A stretch of DNA of 28,635 nt from Oligoflexales bacterium. Lineage in GTDB: Bacteria > Bdellovibrionota_B > Oligoflexia > Oligoflexales > Bog-1112. Where the stretch lies: NCBI GenBank assembly GCA_045106415.1, contig JBGCEP010000052.1, positions 1-28,635 of the forward strand, written 5' to 3'. The notes beneath the pieces are model-generated. The model was not told the DNA's origin and did not search any database. It saw only the letters and a program-made list of their open reading frames with translations. Made by a program: the position numbers and the translations under genes. This document shows positions 1-8,058 of this stretch, one piece after another. The stretch's first letter is position 1. Each line of letters opens with the position of its first letter.

Positions 1-309
1 TTGTCACGCAATAATCTTTATGGATCGCGCTAGTTGGCACACCACAGAAGCTTTGAATATCCCTGAAAATATAACACTTATGCCCTTACCTCCATATTCT
101 CCAGAATTAAATCCAATGGAACAGGTCTGGCAAAGATTGAAGCAATATCATTTTTCTAACACATGCTTCAAAGACTATGAAGATATTGTTCAGGCTTGTT
201 GTGATGCTTGGAATGTGTTCTGTAATAAAGATGCTGCTATTGAAAAGCTATGCACTCGAACTTAAGCAAAGCTAAAATAGACCTCAATTATGTTATGTGA
301 TTGGTACTA
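1..309 (+). mobile_element. IS630-family insertion sequence, right end (5' part lies outside the window)
   Basis: Transposase C-terminus followed by ...TTATGTGATTGGTAC|TA (293-309), resembling an IS630 terminal inverted repeat that ends in the TA target dinucleotide. Confidence 0.8.
2..265 (+). CDS. IS630-family DDE transposase, C-terminal fragment (5'-truncated)
   Basis: Frame is open from the window edge (CHAIILMDRASWH). It carries the IS630/Tc1 motifs D-x-A-x-W-H and LPPYSPELNP-x-E-x-W. Confidence 0.92.
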   Translation, partial: CHAIIFMDRASWHTTEALNIPENITLMPLPPYSPELNPMEQVWQRLKQYHFSNTCFKDYEDIVQACCDAWNVFCNKDAAIEKLCTRT

Positions 310-430
310 TTTCCCATTATTTTCAGTGACATCCTAAAAAGTGACCCAACGAAACCACTTTCAGTTAGCAAACTGAAATAACTTAATTTTTTTGAAATTT
401 TATGTGATTGTCACTATTGATAAAAAGAGA

Positions 431-507
431 TGGCGGGAGAGACGGGACTTGAACCCGCGGCCTCCGGCGTGACAAGCCGGCGTTATAACCAACTTAACTA
501 CTCCCCC
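431..507 (-). tRNA. tRNA-Asp (GTC), CCA encoded
   Basis: Reverse complement folds as a 77-nt cloverleaf: acceptor GGGGGAG/CTCTCCC, anticodon arm CCGGC-TTGTCAC-GCCGG, T arm GCGGG-TTCAAGT-CCCGT, 3' GCCA. Confidence 0.97.
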
Positions 508-519
508 GCAGCGAGATAT

Positions 520-549
520 TGTATAGCCCACTTTTCAAAGAAGAGTCAA
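520..549 (-). promoter_or_regulatory. possible sigma-70 promoter for tRNA-Asp
   Basis: Minus strand TTGACT (549-544), 18-nt spacer, TATACA (525-520), just upstream of the tRNA. Confidence 0.35.
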
Positions 550-568
550 CAAAGAATCCTCATTTTCA

Positions 569-1855
569 TCAAGAATTTCTCATCAACTCGAACAAACGCT
601 TTTTATAAGCCTCAACTCCAGGTTGATTAAATGGATCGACTCCCAACATTAAAGCACTCACAGCACAGCTGACTTTGAAAAAAGCCATCAGCTCGCCAAG
701 AGTTCTTTCGTTTACTTGTTCGATCTCAAGACCTAACGCTGGAATTCCAGCACTTGTGTGAGCGTCCATTGCGGCCTCAATCACTTTTTTATTAATCTCG
801 CTCAAGTTACGGCCTGCCCACAGATCTTCACCACTTTTTGAACTCGCAGGAATTGTAAGCGTTCGTGCAACACCGTTGGCACCACGGCACGTTTCTTTTT
901 CAACTTTCAAAAAAGTTTCAAAAAGAAGAGGGTTGCCCTCTTGAACAAACTGACCCAAAGAATGCAAATCTGTTGAATACGTCGCACTTGCTGGAAAAAT
1001 TCCTTTTCCGTCTTTACCTTCTGACTCACCAAAAAGTTGTTTCCACCACTCCGCAACACCATTAAGTTTATGGTCTGCGCAAACAAGCAGCTCAACATTT
1101 TTTCCCGTGTGATGAATTGCCATACGTGCAGCAGCATACCTCAATACGTCATGCGGATTATCTTTTTCAAGGTCCTTATAAAAATTTTCCGCACCTTGCA
1201 TCATAGCTTCTACATCGTAGCCACAAAATGCCAAAGGAAGCATCCCAGCGGCTGTCATCATAGAAAATCGACCACCAATCGTCTCAGGAAGACCAATATG
1301 CCAGCCATCTTCTTCAAGCTTTAACGCAGATGTTTCTCGACCCATGACCCAAAAAGTTCTTTGTGCGGCATCTTGACCATATCTTCTTTGCATATATTCG
1401 TTGAGAACACGCATCGCAATCGTTGGTTCTGTCGTTGTTCCTGAGCGAGATACAAACTGAATCAACGGCTGTCTTGTTTCAAGAAGGTCAATAAGCTCAA
1501 TGAGAGCGGCTTCACTAAGATCATGCCCAGCCCAAAAAAGAGGTTTTTGAGTTGATGTCTCAGGTGATGCAAGGGGGTATCTATGGCTCATTGCTTCGAA
1601 AACAGCTTTTGACCCTGCAAACGACCCACCAATTCCAATCACCACCACACAATCCCACGAGGCCATGATCTTTTTTTCAGTTTCTCTAATGGTTTTTAAT
1701 AGCTGCCAGCCATGATCTTTTGGCCAATGGTACCAACCACTAAAATCAAAATCATCATTTTTCAAACGCTCATGAGCGGCCACAGCTCTACAGAACCAAG
1801 GTTCCATCGCTTCTTTTAACGAAGGAGCAAGGCGACTTTCATCACAACGAATCAT
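569..1855 (-). CDS. pgi: glucose-6-phosphate isomerase (short ~430-aa type)
   Basis: Motifs GIGGS, S(R)SGTTTE, IGGRFS, WWKQLFGESEGK, DLHSLGQ, PFNQPGVEAYK. Start placed at ATG 1855, which has an upstream GGAG and overlaps the hflX 3' end. Confidence 0.95.
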   Translation of the reverse strand: MIRCDESRLAPSLKEAMEPWFCRAVAAHERLKNDDFDFSGWYHWPKDHGWQLLKTIRETEKKIMASWDCVVVIGIGGSFAGSKAVFEAMSHRYPLASPETSTQKPLFWAGHDLSEAALIELIDLLETRQPLIQFVSRSGTTTEPTIAMRVLNEYMQRRYGQDAAQRTFWVMGRETSALKLEEDGWHIGLPETIGGRFSMMTAAGMLPLAFCGYDVEAMMQGAENFYKDLEKDNPHDVLRYAAARMAIHHTGKNVELLVCADHKLNGVAEWWKQLFGESEGKDGKGIFPASATYSTDLHSLGQFVQEGNPLLFETFLKVEKETCRGANGVARTLTIPASSKSGEDLWAGRNLSEINKKVIEAAMDAHTSAGIPALGLEIEQVNERTLGELMAFFKVSCAVSALMLGVDPFNQPGVEAYKKRLFELMRNS

Positions 1856-3140
1856 CAGAACTCTCCACAGCATAGTGTTTTATTTGTTGCAAGACTCGTG
1901 GTGGAGCTCGCAATACAAATTGCACTTCCCCCGGAGTCTCATAATCAGCATCAAGCACAACACAGTTTCCATAGATCAAAGAAAGCGCTGTCCTATGATC
2001 CGCAGGAATCGCAATCGTTAATTGTTCAAAATGATCTTCAAAAAACGAGAAAACACGTTCACGTAATTTCAAAACATCATTTCGGTCATGCGCACTCACA
2101 ACAATACTATCTGAATGCGCTCGTGAAACGATTCTTGCAAGAAAAGGATCTTCAACTTGGTCTCTCTTATTAAACACAAGCAGCGTTGGAATATCACCTG
2201 CCCCAACTTCCTCTAAAACTTGTTTTGTCACTTCAATTTGAGCCTGATAATTCGGATGCGATAGGTCCACAACATGCAATAATAAATTTGCATGAACGAC
2301 TTCTTCCAAAGTTGAACGAAAAGAATCCACCAAGGCGTGTGGTAAACGCCGAATAAACCCAACGGTATCGCTTAAAAGAATACGAGGCCGTGTATTTGGA
2401 TCAATCATGCGTGTTGAAGCATCAAGAGTCGCAAACAACTCATCTTTTCCTTCTGACTCCGTACGAGTCAAAGAAGACATTAAGGAAGTTTTCCCACTAT
2501 TCGTATAGCCAACAAGACCAACACGCAACTCATTGCGTCGTCCTCTGCTCTGAGTTTCTCGCTCTTTACGGATCTGTTCAAGCTTACGATTCAAACGGGA
2601 TAAACGGTCTCTGACAAGCTTTCTATCAACATCAATTTGCTTTTCACCCATACCTCTTGAACGAACACCACCGCCTTTTTGCCGCTGAAAGTGTGTCCAA
2701 GCACCAGAGAGCCTTGAAATAAGATATTCCTGCCGAGCGATCTCAACTTGAATACGAGCTTGACGGCTTTTTGCATGACGCGCAAAAATCTCTAGAATCA
2801 CCCCAGCGCGATCAACGACTTGGCAACCACTCTCATCTTCAAGGTGACGAACTTGAATTCCAGTTAAACGATGGTCCACAGCAAGTAAACAAGCTCCATT
2901 GTCTCGAGCCAACTGAGCCACTTCCTGAATTTTTCCTGTTCCCAAAAAGCTGCGAGAAGTGAGACGCTTTCGATTCTGCACAACTTCTATCACAGGCTCA
3001 ATACCTAGAGTTCTTAACAAAGCTTTCAGCTCAGCTAAATCCCACTCAAGAAATTCTTCATCTTTTTCGTCAGCAACACCAACAACAACAGCCTTTAAAG
3101 GCTCACTACCAAATAAAATTAGACTTTGTTCATCACTCAC
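1842..3140 (-). CDS. hflX: GTPase HflX
   Basis: GTGKIQE, DRAGVILEIFARHA, GMGEKQI, G1 GYTNSGKT, LFATLD, G3 DTVGFI, G4 NKRD. Confidence 0.96.
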   Translation of the reverse strand: MSDEQSLILFGSEPLKAVVVGVADEKDEEFLEWDLAELKALLRTLGIEPVIEVVQNRKRLTSRSFLGTGKIQEVAQLARDNGACLLAVDHRLTGIQVRHLEDESGCQVVDRAGVILEIFARHAKSRQARIQVEIARQEYLISRLSGAWTHFQRQKGGGVRSRGMGEKQIDVDRKLVRDRLSRLNRKLEQIRKERETQSRGRRNELRVGLVGYTNSGKTSLMSSLTRTESEGKDELFATLDASTRMIDPNTRPRILLSDTVGFIRRLPHALVDSFRSTLEEVVHANLLLHVVDLSHPNYQAQIEVTKQVLEEVGAGDIPTLLVFNKRDQVEDPFLARIVSRAHSDSIVVSAHDRNDVLKLRERVFSFFEDHFEQLTIAIPADHRTALSLIYGNCVVLDADYETPGEVQFVLRAPPRVLQQIKHYAVESSDDSL

Positions 3141-3220
3141 GCAATCACTTCCAACTTCAACCTAAGAAAAACAAAAGACTTATGACAAGACTTTACCATC
3201 TCACACACGAAGTCAACTTA

Positions 3221-3796
3221 TCAATGCAAACGCGCCCCAAAAGGAACATCAAGCATGACCTCTGACTCCACAGTTGCAATCCGATCGATACTTTCCTGAA
3301 GATCTTTTTCTTCAAAATAATGACGAGCAATTTTAATAAAAATTTTATAATGACCCGCTTCACTCAGCCCCAAAGTCCTATAGAAAGACTTCATATCGCC
3401 TTCTAAAACATCAGAAAGCAATAAAAACCTTTCATAACCGCGAGCCTCCACCAGAGCTGACATCACTAAGCGGTCTAAAAGTCTTTCTTCACGACCGTGG
3501 CGTAAAGATTTTAAAATTCGGTTGATATACTCATCCTTGTGGTGCTCAGCCGATAAAGCCAGCCCTTGTTTACGCATCAAACGCCAAACTTGAGCAAAAT
3601 GCTCGAGTTCTTCACGTGCTAAGGAAACCATAGGATCCACAAGAATAGTTCTATCTGGATATTTAGCAACAAATGACATCGCTAACGCTGCTGCTTTCTG
3701 TTCACACGCAGCATGATCCTGCATAAATGACGGCATGTCTTGAATAACAAAGTCAGCCCAACCCTCTGGGGTTGCTTCCTTCAAGGGAAATTCCAT
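3221..3796 (-). CDS. miaE: tRNA-(ms2i6A37) hydroxylase MiaE (di-iron)
   Basis: DHAACEQKAA, LAREELEHF, EARGYERF and SEAGH di-iron carboxylate motifs; 191 aa. Confidence 0.92.
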   Translation of the reverse strand: MEFPLKEATPEGWADFVIQDMPSFMQDHAACEQKAAALAMSFVAKYPDRTILVDPMVSLAREELEHFAQVWRLMRKQGLALSAEHHKDEYINRILKSLRHGREERLLDRLVMSALVEARGYERFLLLSDVLEGDMKSFYRTLGLSEAGHYKIFIKIARHYFEEKDLQESIDRIATVESEVMLDVPFGARLH

Positions 3797-3891
3797 AAAA
3801 GCTCCACATTCTTTTTATCCAGGTATTCTGGCTCACTTTTTACCAGAGCGCCTGGTTTATCAAGAATTGAGGAATATTCCCATCGCTTATC

Positions 3892-3916
3892 AAAAGTCTT
3901 TTAATATCAAAAGACT
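3892..3916 (-). terminator. intrinsic terminator after the small ORF
   Basis: Inverted repeat AGTCTTTT-6 nt-AAAAGACT (3895-3916) followed by T residues on the minus strand; overlaps the TAG stop. Confidence 0.5.
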
Positions 3917-4139
3917 ATCGCATCTCGCGTGATCGCCTATTTGGCGCTGAAGATTCTGCTTGCGTAAAACGATCTCCAGCAACTCGTAGCTGCCGACTTG
4001 TCTCAAATAGAACCATTAAGTTTTCGATCGCCGCATTCAAACCATCTTCAGAAAGAAAAACACCTAGTCTTGACGAACGGCTCTCGCTCACAATCGCTTC
4101 TTTCAACGCAACACGAGACGCTTGTTGAAAAGGACTCAC
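3915..4139 (-). CDS. hypothetical 74-aa protein
   Basis: Perfect AGGAGG (4151-4146) 6 nt before GTG 4139, a hairpin at the stop, and placement in an intergenic gap. No family recognised. Confidence 0.7.
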   Translation of the reverse strand: MSPFQQASRVALKEAIVSESRSSRLGVFLSEDGLNAAIENLMVLFETSRQLRVAGDRFTQAESSAPNRRSREMR

Positions 4140-4298
4140 ACCCAACCTCCTGTTTTAAAAGAATAAATATCATTTTCTTTTAGGAAACCATATTCTCAGC
4201 CGATCCACGAAAAGGAATCAACGAGAATGACTTTTATGGGTTGTTATGATGAATTTTTTTTTAAATTGTATCGTCGCTTTAACGATTTACTTTCTCAT

Positions 4299-4330
4299 AC
4301 ACAGCCCACTTTTAGCTTAGCAGGCTGTGC
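4299..4330 (-). terminator. 3' stem-loop closing the act operon
   Basis: Minus strand GCACAGCCTGCT-8 nt-AGTGGGCTGTGT (12-bp stem with G-U pairs) 18 nt after the actF stop; no clear U tract. Confidence 0.45.
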
Positions 4331-4348
4331 ATTAAGAACGATCAGCAA

Positions 4349-5596
4349 TCAATGCCCATGATGGAATGACTCTAAAAGTAGAGGATCACTCACAGGAAGC
4401 ATCGGGTGGTTTTTAGCAAACCGCATGTAGCTCCCTAAAAACACACCACCAAACCCTAGAAACACGCCCACATCAAGAAGCGGTCCGTTCCACTGCTCAG
4501 GCGTGACGACCTCAGGAATAACAACAAGCATCCACACAAACCATTGGGAAACCAAAACTATGGTTGCGACTGGCAACACAATATAAGGAGTCCACTTGTG
4601 CGCTTTTGGTATCAAAGTAAAAAATGGGATAAAGAACGTTCCGAATAAAAGAGCGCACAACATCTGTAGCCAGGGGCTTTGAAGTCGGGTAAAGAAATAA
4701 CTCGTTTCTTCAGGAACGTTACCATACCAGTAAGTCAAAATATGTGCATAAGTAAGATAAGCAAAGAAAACTGTGAATCCAAAAAGCATTTTGCCAATAT
4801 CGTGATAATGCTTACGTTCAATAAAAGCCCCAATCCCTGTATTTCGAAGAAGGTACATAATCCACACAATGCTTGCCATCAGGGTTTGCATCAAAATCGC
4901 AAAGTTCCACCCACCCCAAAGAGTTGAAAACCACGTTGGTGCCAAAGACATTGTTAAGTCAAACATAAGCAGAGAAAACATACACGAAAGAACAAACATC
5001 ACAGGTGCAGCCCAATAGCGGACTTTTTTTCTATTTTCTTCACCTAATTTTTGAGCTTCCTCAAGTCGACCTTCAAGGAAAATTTTATCAGACCTAAGAC
5101 CATGCCCTGTCAACCATTTGCAAAGAGCCACAATCACAACCACAGCAAAAACGTCACGAATGAGCATGAATTCTTGTTGAAGCCAAACATTCTTACCTGG
5201 GAAGTGATCCAGCATATGTGGATCAGCAATCCAAGGGTAGACTTGATCCGCACTTAAAACTCGAAATTGAATACACAAGAAAAAAATCGTAAAGAAAACA
5301 CCTGCCAAAGGAAGAAAGGCTCCCATAGCTTCATGAGACCTTTTAATAGCACGACCCCAAATGGCACCTACTAAATCTTGCATACCACCAAAGGCCACAC
5401 CACCTAAAGCAATACAAAAGAAAAAGAAAAGGTTAAAAATAAAACTTCCCCAAGTGCGAACATGATCTCCCGAGGACATGCCTGCTGCGAAGCTCAGCAC
5501 GCCGACCAAGATTCCGGCAACAACAAGAAAATTAGAAACACTTCCTGCGCGTACAAATAAGGAATCCCGCTTTTGATATAGATCTTGAATATTCAA
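4349..5596 (-). CDS. actF: alternative complex III membrane subunit ActF
   Basis: Polytopic membrane protein with MSLAPTWFSTLWG, HDIGKMLFGF and WYGNVPEET; last gene of the operon; TTG start. Confidence 0.9.
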   Translation of the reverse strand: MNIQDLYQKRDSLFVRAGSVSNFLVVAGILVGVLSFAAGMSSGDHVRTWGSFIFNLFFFFCIALGGVAFGGMQDLVGAIWGRAIKRSHEAMGAFLPLAGVFFTIFFLCIQFRVLSADQVYPWIADPHMLDHFPGKNVWLQQEFMLIRDVFAVVVIVALCKWLTGHGLRSDKIFLEGRLEEAQKLGEENRKKVRYWAAPVMFVLSCMFSLLMFDLTMSLAPTWFSTLWGGWNFAILMQTLMASIVWIMYLLRNTGIGAFIERKHYHDIGKMLFGFTVFFAYLTYAHILTYWYGNVPEETSYFFTRLQSPWLQMLCALLFGTFFIPFFTLIPKAHKWTPYIVLPVATIVLVSQWFVWMLVVIPEVVTPEQWNGPLLDVGVFLGFGGVFLGSYMRFAKNHPMLPVSDPLLLESFHHGH

Positions 5597-5607
5597 ACCA
5601 TTCCCCC

Positions 5608-6120
5608 TTAGCGGCCGCGGCCCTGTAAATCTCGAACATAACTTACAATATCCCAGCGCTCAGCTGGCCACGTGGCATGTCCATACGAAGGCATAATTGC
5701 AGACCCAAAAGTGATCTTATAAAAATAGAACCCATCACCTTTCTGCCTATAAAAATCAGCTAAAAGGTTTGGTGGCATAGGAACCTTCGGAACCACTGTG
5801 CCATCCCCTTCAGCATTCGTCCCGTGACAAGGAGTACAATATGTACCAAAAAGCTTTTTCCCACGGGCCAATACTTTCGTTTGATCCTGAAGCTGTTCAT
5901 TTGGATTCCGTAAAATCAACTCAGCTTCCTCAACAGAACGAGGATAGATTTCAGCATTCCACGCAACAGAGCCTTCTGGTGGATCCAGATAATCCTGTTG
6001 GGATTTAATCGAAGGAGCATCTACCATATCTGGCATGTACTGAATTTTCGTCTCGCGTTTGTCGAATTTACACCCGACGAGCGCTATGAGCACCGCAACT
6101 CCGATGCTAAATCTCTTCAT
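5608..6120 (-). CDS. actE: alternative complex III monoheme cytochrome c lipoprotein ActE
   Basis: Lipobox LVGC, YMPDM motif, a single CTPCH heme site, MPSY axial-ligand region. Confidence 0.9.
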   Translation of the reverse strand: MKRFSIGVAVLIALVGCKFDKRETKIQYMPDMVDAPSIKSQQDYLDPPEGSVAWNAEIYPRSVEEAELILRNPNEQLQDQTKVLARGKKLFGTYCTPCHGTNAEGDGTVVPKVPMPPNLLADFYRQKGDGFYFYKITFGSAIMPSYGHATWPAERWDIVSYVRDLQGRGR

Positions 6121-6146
6121 GAGAACACCCTTCCCCTATGCGGTTC

Positions 6147-6680
6147 TTAAGATGCAGTAGCGTAAACTTCTGACGCACCACATTGTTTTAAAAACTTTGC
6201 CTGCTCACTTTCGACATCAACGCAAGGAACGAAAACTGCAAACTTATCGTCCATTGTACGTGGGTCTCGAATCGTTACGTGAGGATTTGGAATTCGACCC
6301 ATCACAAGCATGCCGATAATTGTAGCTATCGCTCCAAGGAGGATCATCAACTCAAAACCCAGAATAACATACGCCGGTAGAGAGTAGATCCCTGCTGTTT
6401 TACCACCGACCACAAGTGGCCAATCGTAATCCATAAGCAATGGCATACCAAAACCTGTCGTCACACCCAATAGAGCTCCAGTCAAGGTGAACCACTTCAC
6501 TGGACTATCGCCGTACTGCTCATGAGCAATATCCATCAACTCATGATAAGAGGTATAAGACAAAGCTTCATGGTCTTTAAAATCTTGACGGTGATGTATA
6601 GTTTTAATCACATCACAAAAATCATCAAAGTAATCAAAGATAGCCACAATGCCTTTATCTTCTCGCTTCACTGATGCCAC
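6147..6680 (-). CDS. actD: alternative complex III subunit ActD (DUF3341)
   Basis: Two TM segments flanking DWPLVVGGK, FELMIL motif, DDKFAV; sits between actC and actE. Confidence 0.9.
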   Translation of the reverse strand: MASVKREDKGIVAIFDYFDDFCDVIKTIHHRQDFKDHEALSYTSYHELMDIAHEQYGDSPVKWFTLTGALLGVTTGFGMPLLMDYDWPLVVGGKTAGIYSLPAYVILGFELMILLGAIATIIGMLVMGRIPNPHVTIRDPRTMDDKFAVFVPCVDVESEQAKFLKQCGASEVYATAS

Positions 6681-6683
6681 TGA

Positions 6684-8036
6684 TCAACCCTCCACTTTTT
6701 TGGGATTCATGGGCTTCGGCATAATCAACTTCAACTCTGACATCGATACGAGCGGAAAGAATCGAGTAAAGATCAGAAGCCATGTAAAGAACCAACCAAA
6801 GCTACCAATCGTGATCGCTATTTCATACCACGATGGTTCATAATGCCCCCAAGACCCTGGAACAAAATCTTCAACCAAGCTGGAAACAATGATGTTGTAA
6901 CGCTCAAACCACATTCCAACATTTACGAGCACACAAACGACCCAACTAGTTGGAATATGCAGACGAACCTTACCACTCCAAAAAACAAGTGGGAAAATAC
7001 AGTTACAGAAAACCATGACCCAAAAGTAAAAACTATAAGGACCAATTGCCCGCTTCACAAAAATTCCCCATTCGTAGTCATTACCAGAGAACCATGCAAC
7101 GAAAAATTCAATCCCATAGGCGTAACTTACAATCGTTGACGTGAAAAGGGTCAGTTTCAAACAAGCATCTAAGTGCTCTTCTTTAATAAATTCCTCAAGT
7201 TGGAACATCCATCTCATCGGAATCACCAGAGTGTACACCATGGCACACCCTGAAAGGATAGCTCCAGCCACAAAGTATGGAGGGAAAATTGTCGTGTGCC
7301 AACCTGGCTGCACCGACATTGCAAAGTCCCAAGAAACAATGGAGTGTACAGAAAGAACCAAAGGTGTTGCTAAAGCTGCCAAAAAGCCATAACCCGCTTC
7401 ATAATGGTGCCACTGACGCACAGTCCCCGTCCAACCAAAAGACATAAAAGCAAAAACAGCTCTTTTAAAACCTTTTGAACGATCTCTCATAGAAGCAATA
7501 TCTGGGACGAGCCCCATATACCAAAACAAAAGAGAGACTGTTAAGTAAGTTGAAATTGCAAACACATCCCAGATCAATGGGGAACGAAAGTTCACCCATA
7601 AATTATTCGTATTTGGTATTGGTGCCATCCAATAAGCAGCAAACCAAATTCGACCAACGTGAATCAATGGGAAAAGACCTGCTGTAATCACGGCAAAAAC
7701 CGTCATAGCTTCAGCCGATCGGTTAATTGCATTTCTCCATTTTGCCCGGAAAAGAAACAAAATAGCAGAAATCAATGTCCCTGCATGTCCAATACCAACC
7801 CAAAAAACAAAGTTAGTAATATAGACACCCCAATAGACAGGACTATTTAGACCTGTCACCCCAGTTCCTACAGCAATCTGGATTCCCCAGGCTACTGCAC
7901 CTATCAGCATGCAAATCACAGAAAAACTTAACACCACATAATAAGCGGGATGGGGTTTCCCCGTCCCTGCTAAGATGGCATCGTTGACATCACTGACTGT
8001 GCGTTTCCACACGACTGTATCCGAAGCGCTACTCAT
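6684..8036 (-). CDS. actC: alternative complex III NrfD/PsrC-family quinol-binding subunit ActC
   Basis: ITNFVFWVGIGHAGTLISAIL, NRSAEAMT, NFRSPLIWDVFAISTY, SVHSIVSWDFA, GWHTTIFPPYFVAGAI. Confidence 0.96.
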   Translation of the reverse strand: MSSASDTVVWKRTVSDVNDAILAGTGKPHPAYYVVLSFSVICMLIGAVAWGIQIAVGTGVTGLNSPVYWGVYITNFVFWVGIGHAGTLISAILFLFRAKWRNAINRSAEAMTVFAVITAGLFPLIHVGRIWFAAYWMAPIPNTNNLWVNFRSPLIWDVFAISTYLTVSLLFWYMGLVPDIASMRDRSKGFKRAVFAFMSFGWTGTVRQWHHYEAGYGFLAALATPLVLSVHSIVSWDFAMSVQPGWHTTIFPPYFVAGAILSGCAMVYTLVIPMRWMFQLEEFIKEEHLDACLKLTLFTSTIVSYAYGIEFFVAWFSGNDYEWGIFVKRAIGPYSFYFWVMVFCNCIFPLVFWSGKVRLHIPTSWVVCVLVNVGMWFERYNIIVSSLVEDFVPGSWGHYEPSWYEIAITIGSFGWFFTWLLIFTRFFPLVSMSELKLIMPKPMNPKKVEG

Positions 8037-8058
8037 AACGTCTGCTCCTCACCTTCCC

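Noticed and set aside
430..630. 66-aa ORF MAGETGLEPA...
   Set aside because: It is the antisense reading of tRNA-Asp.
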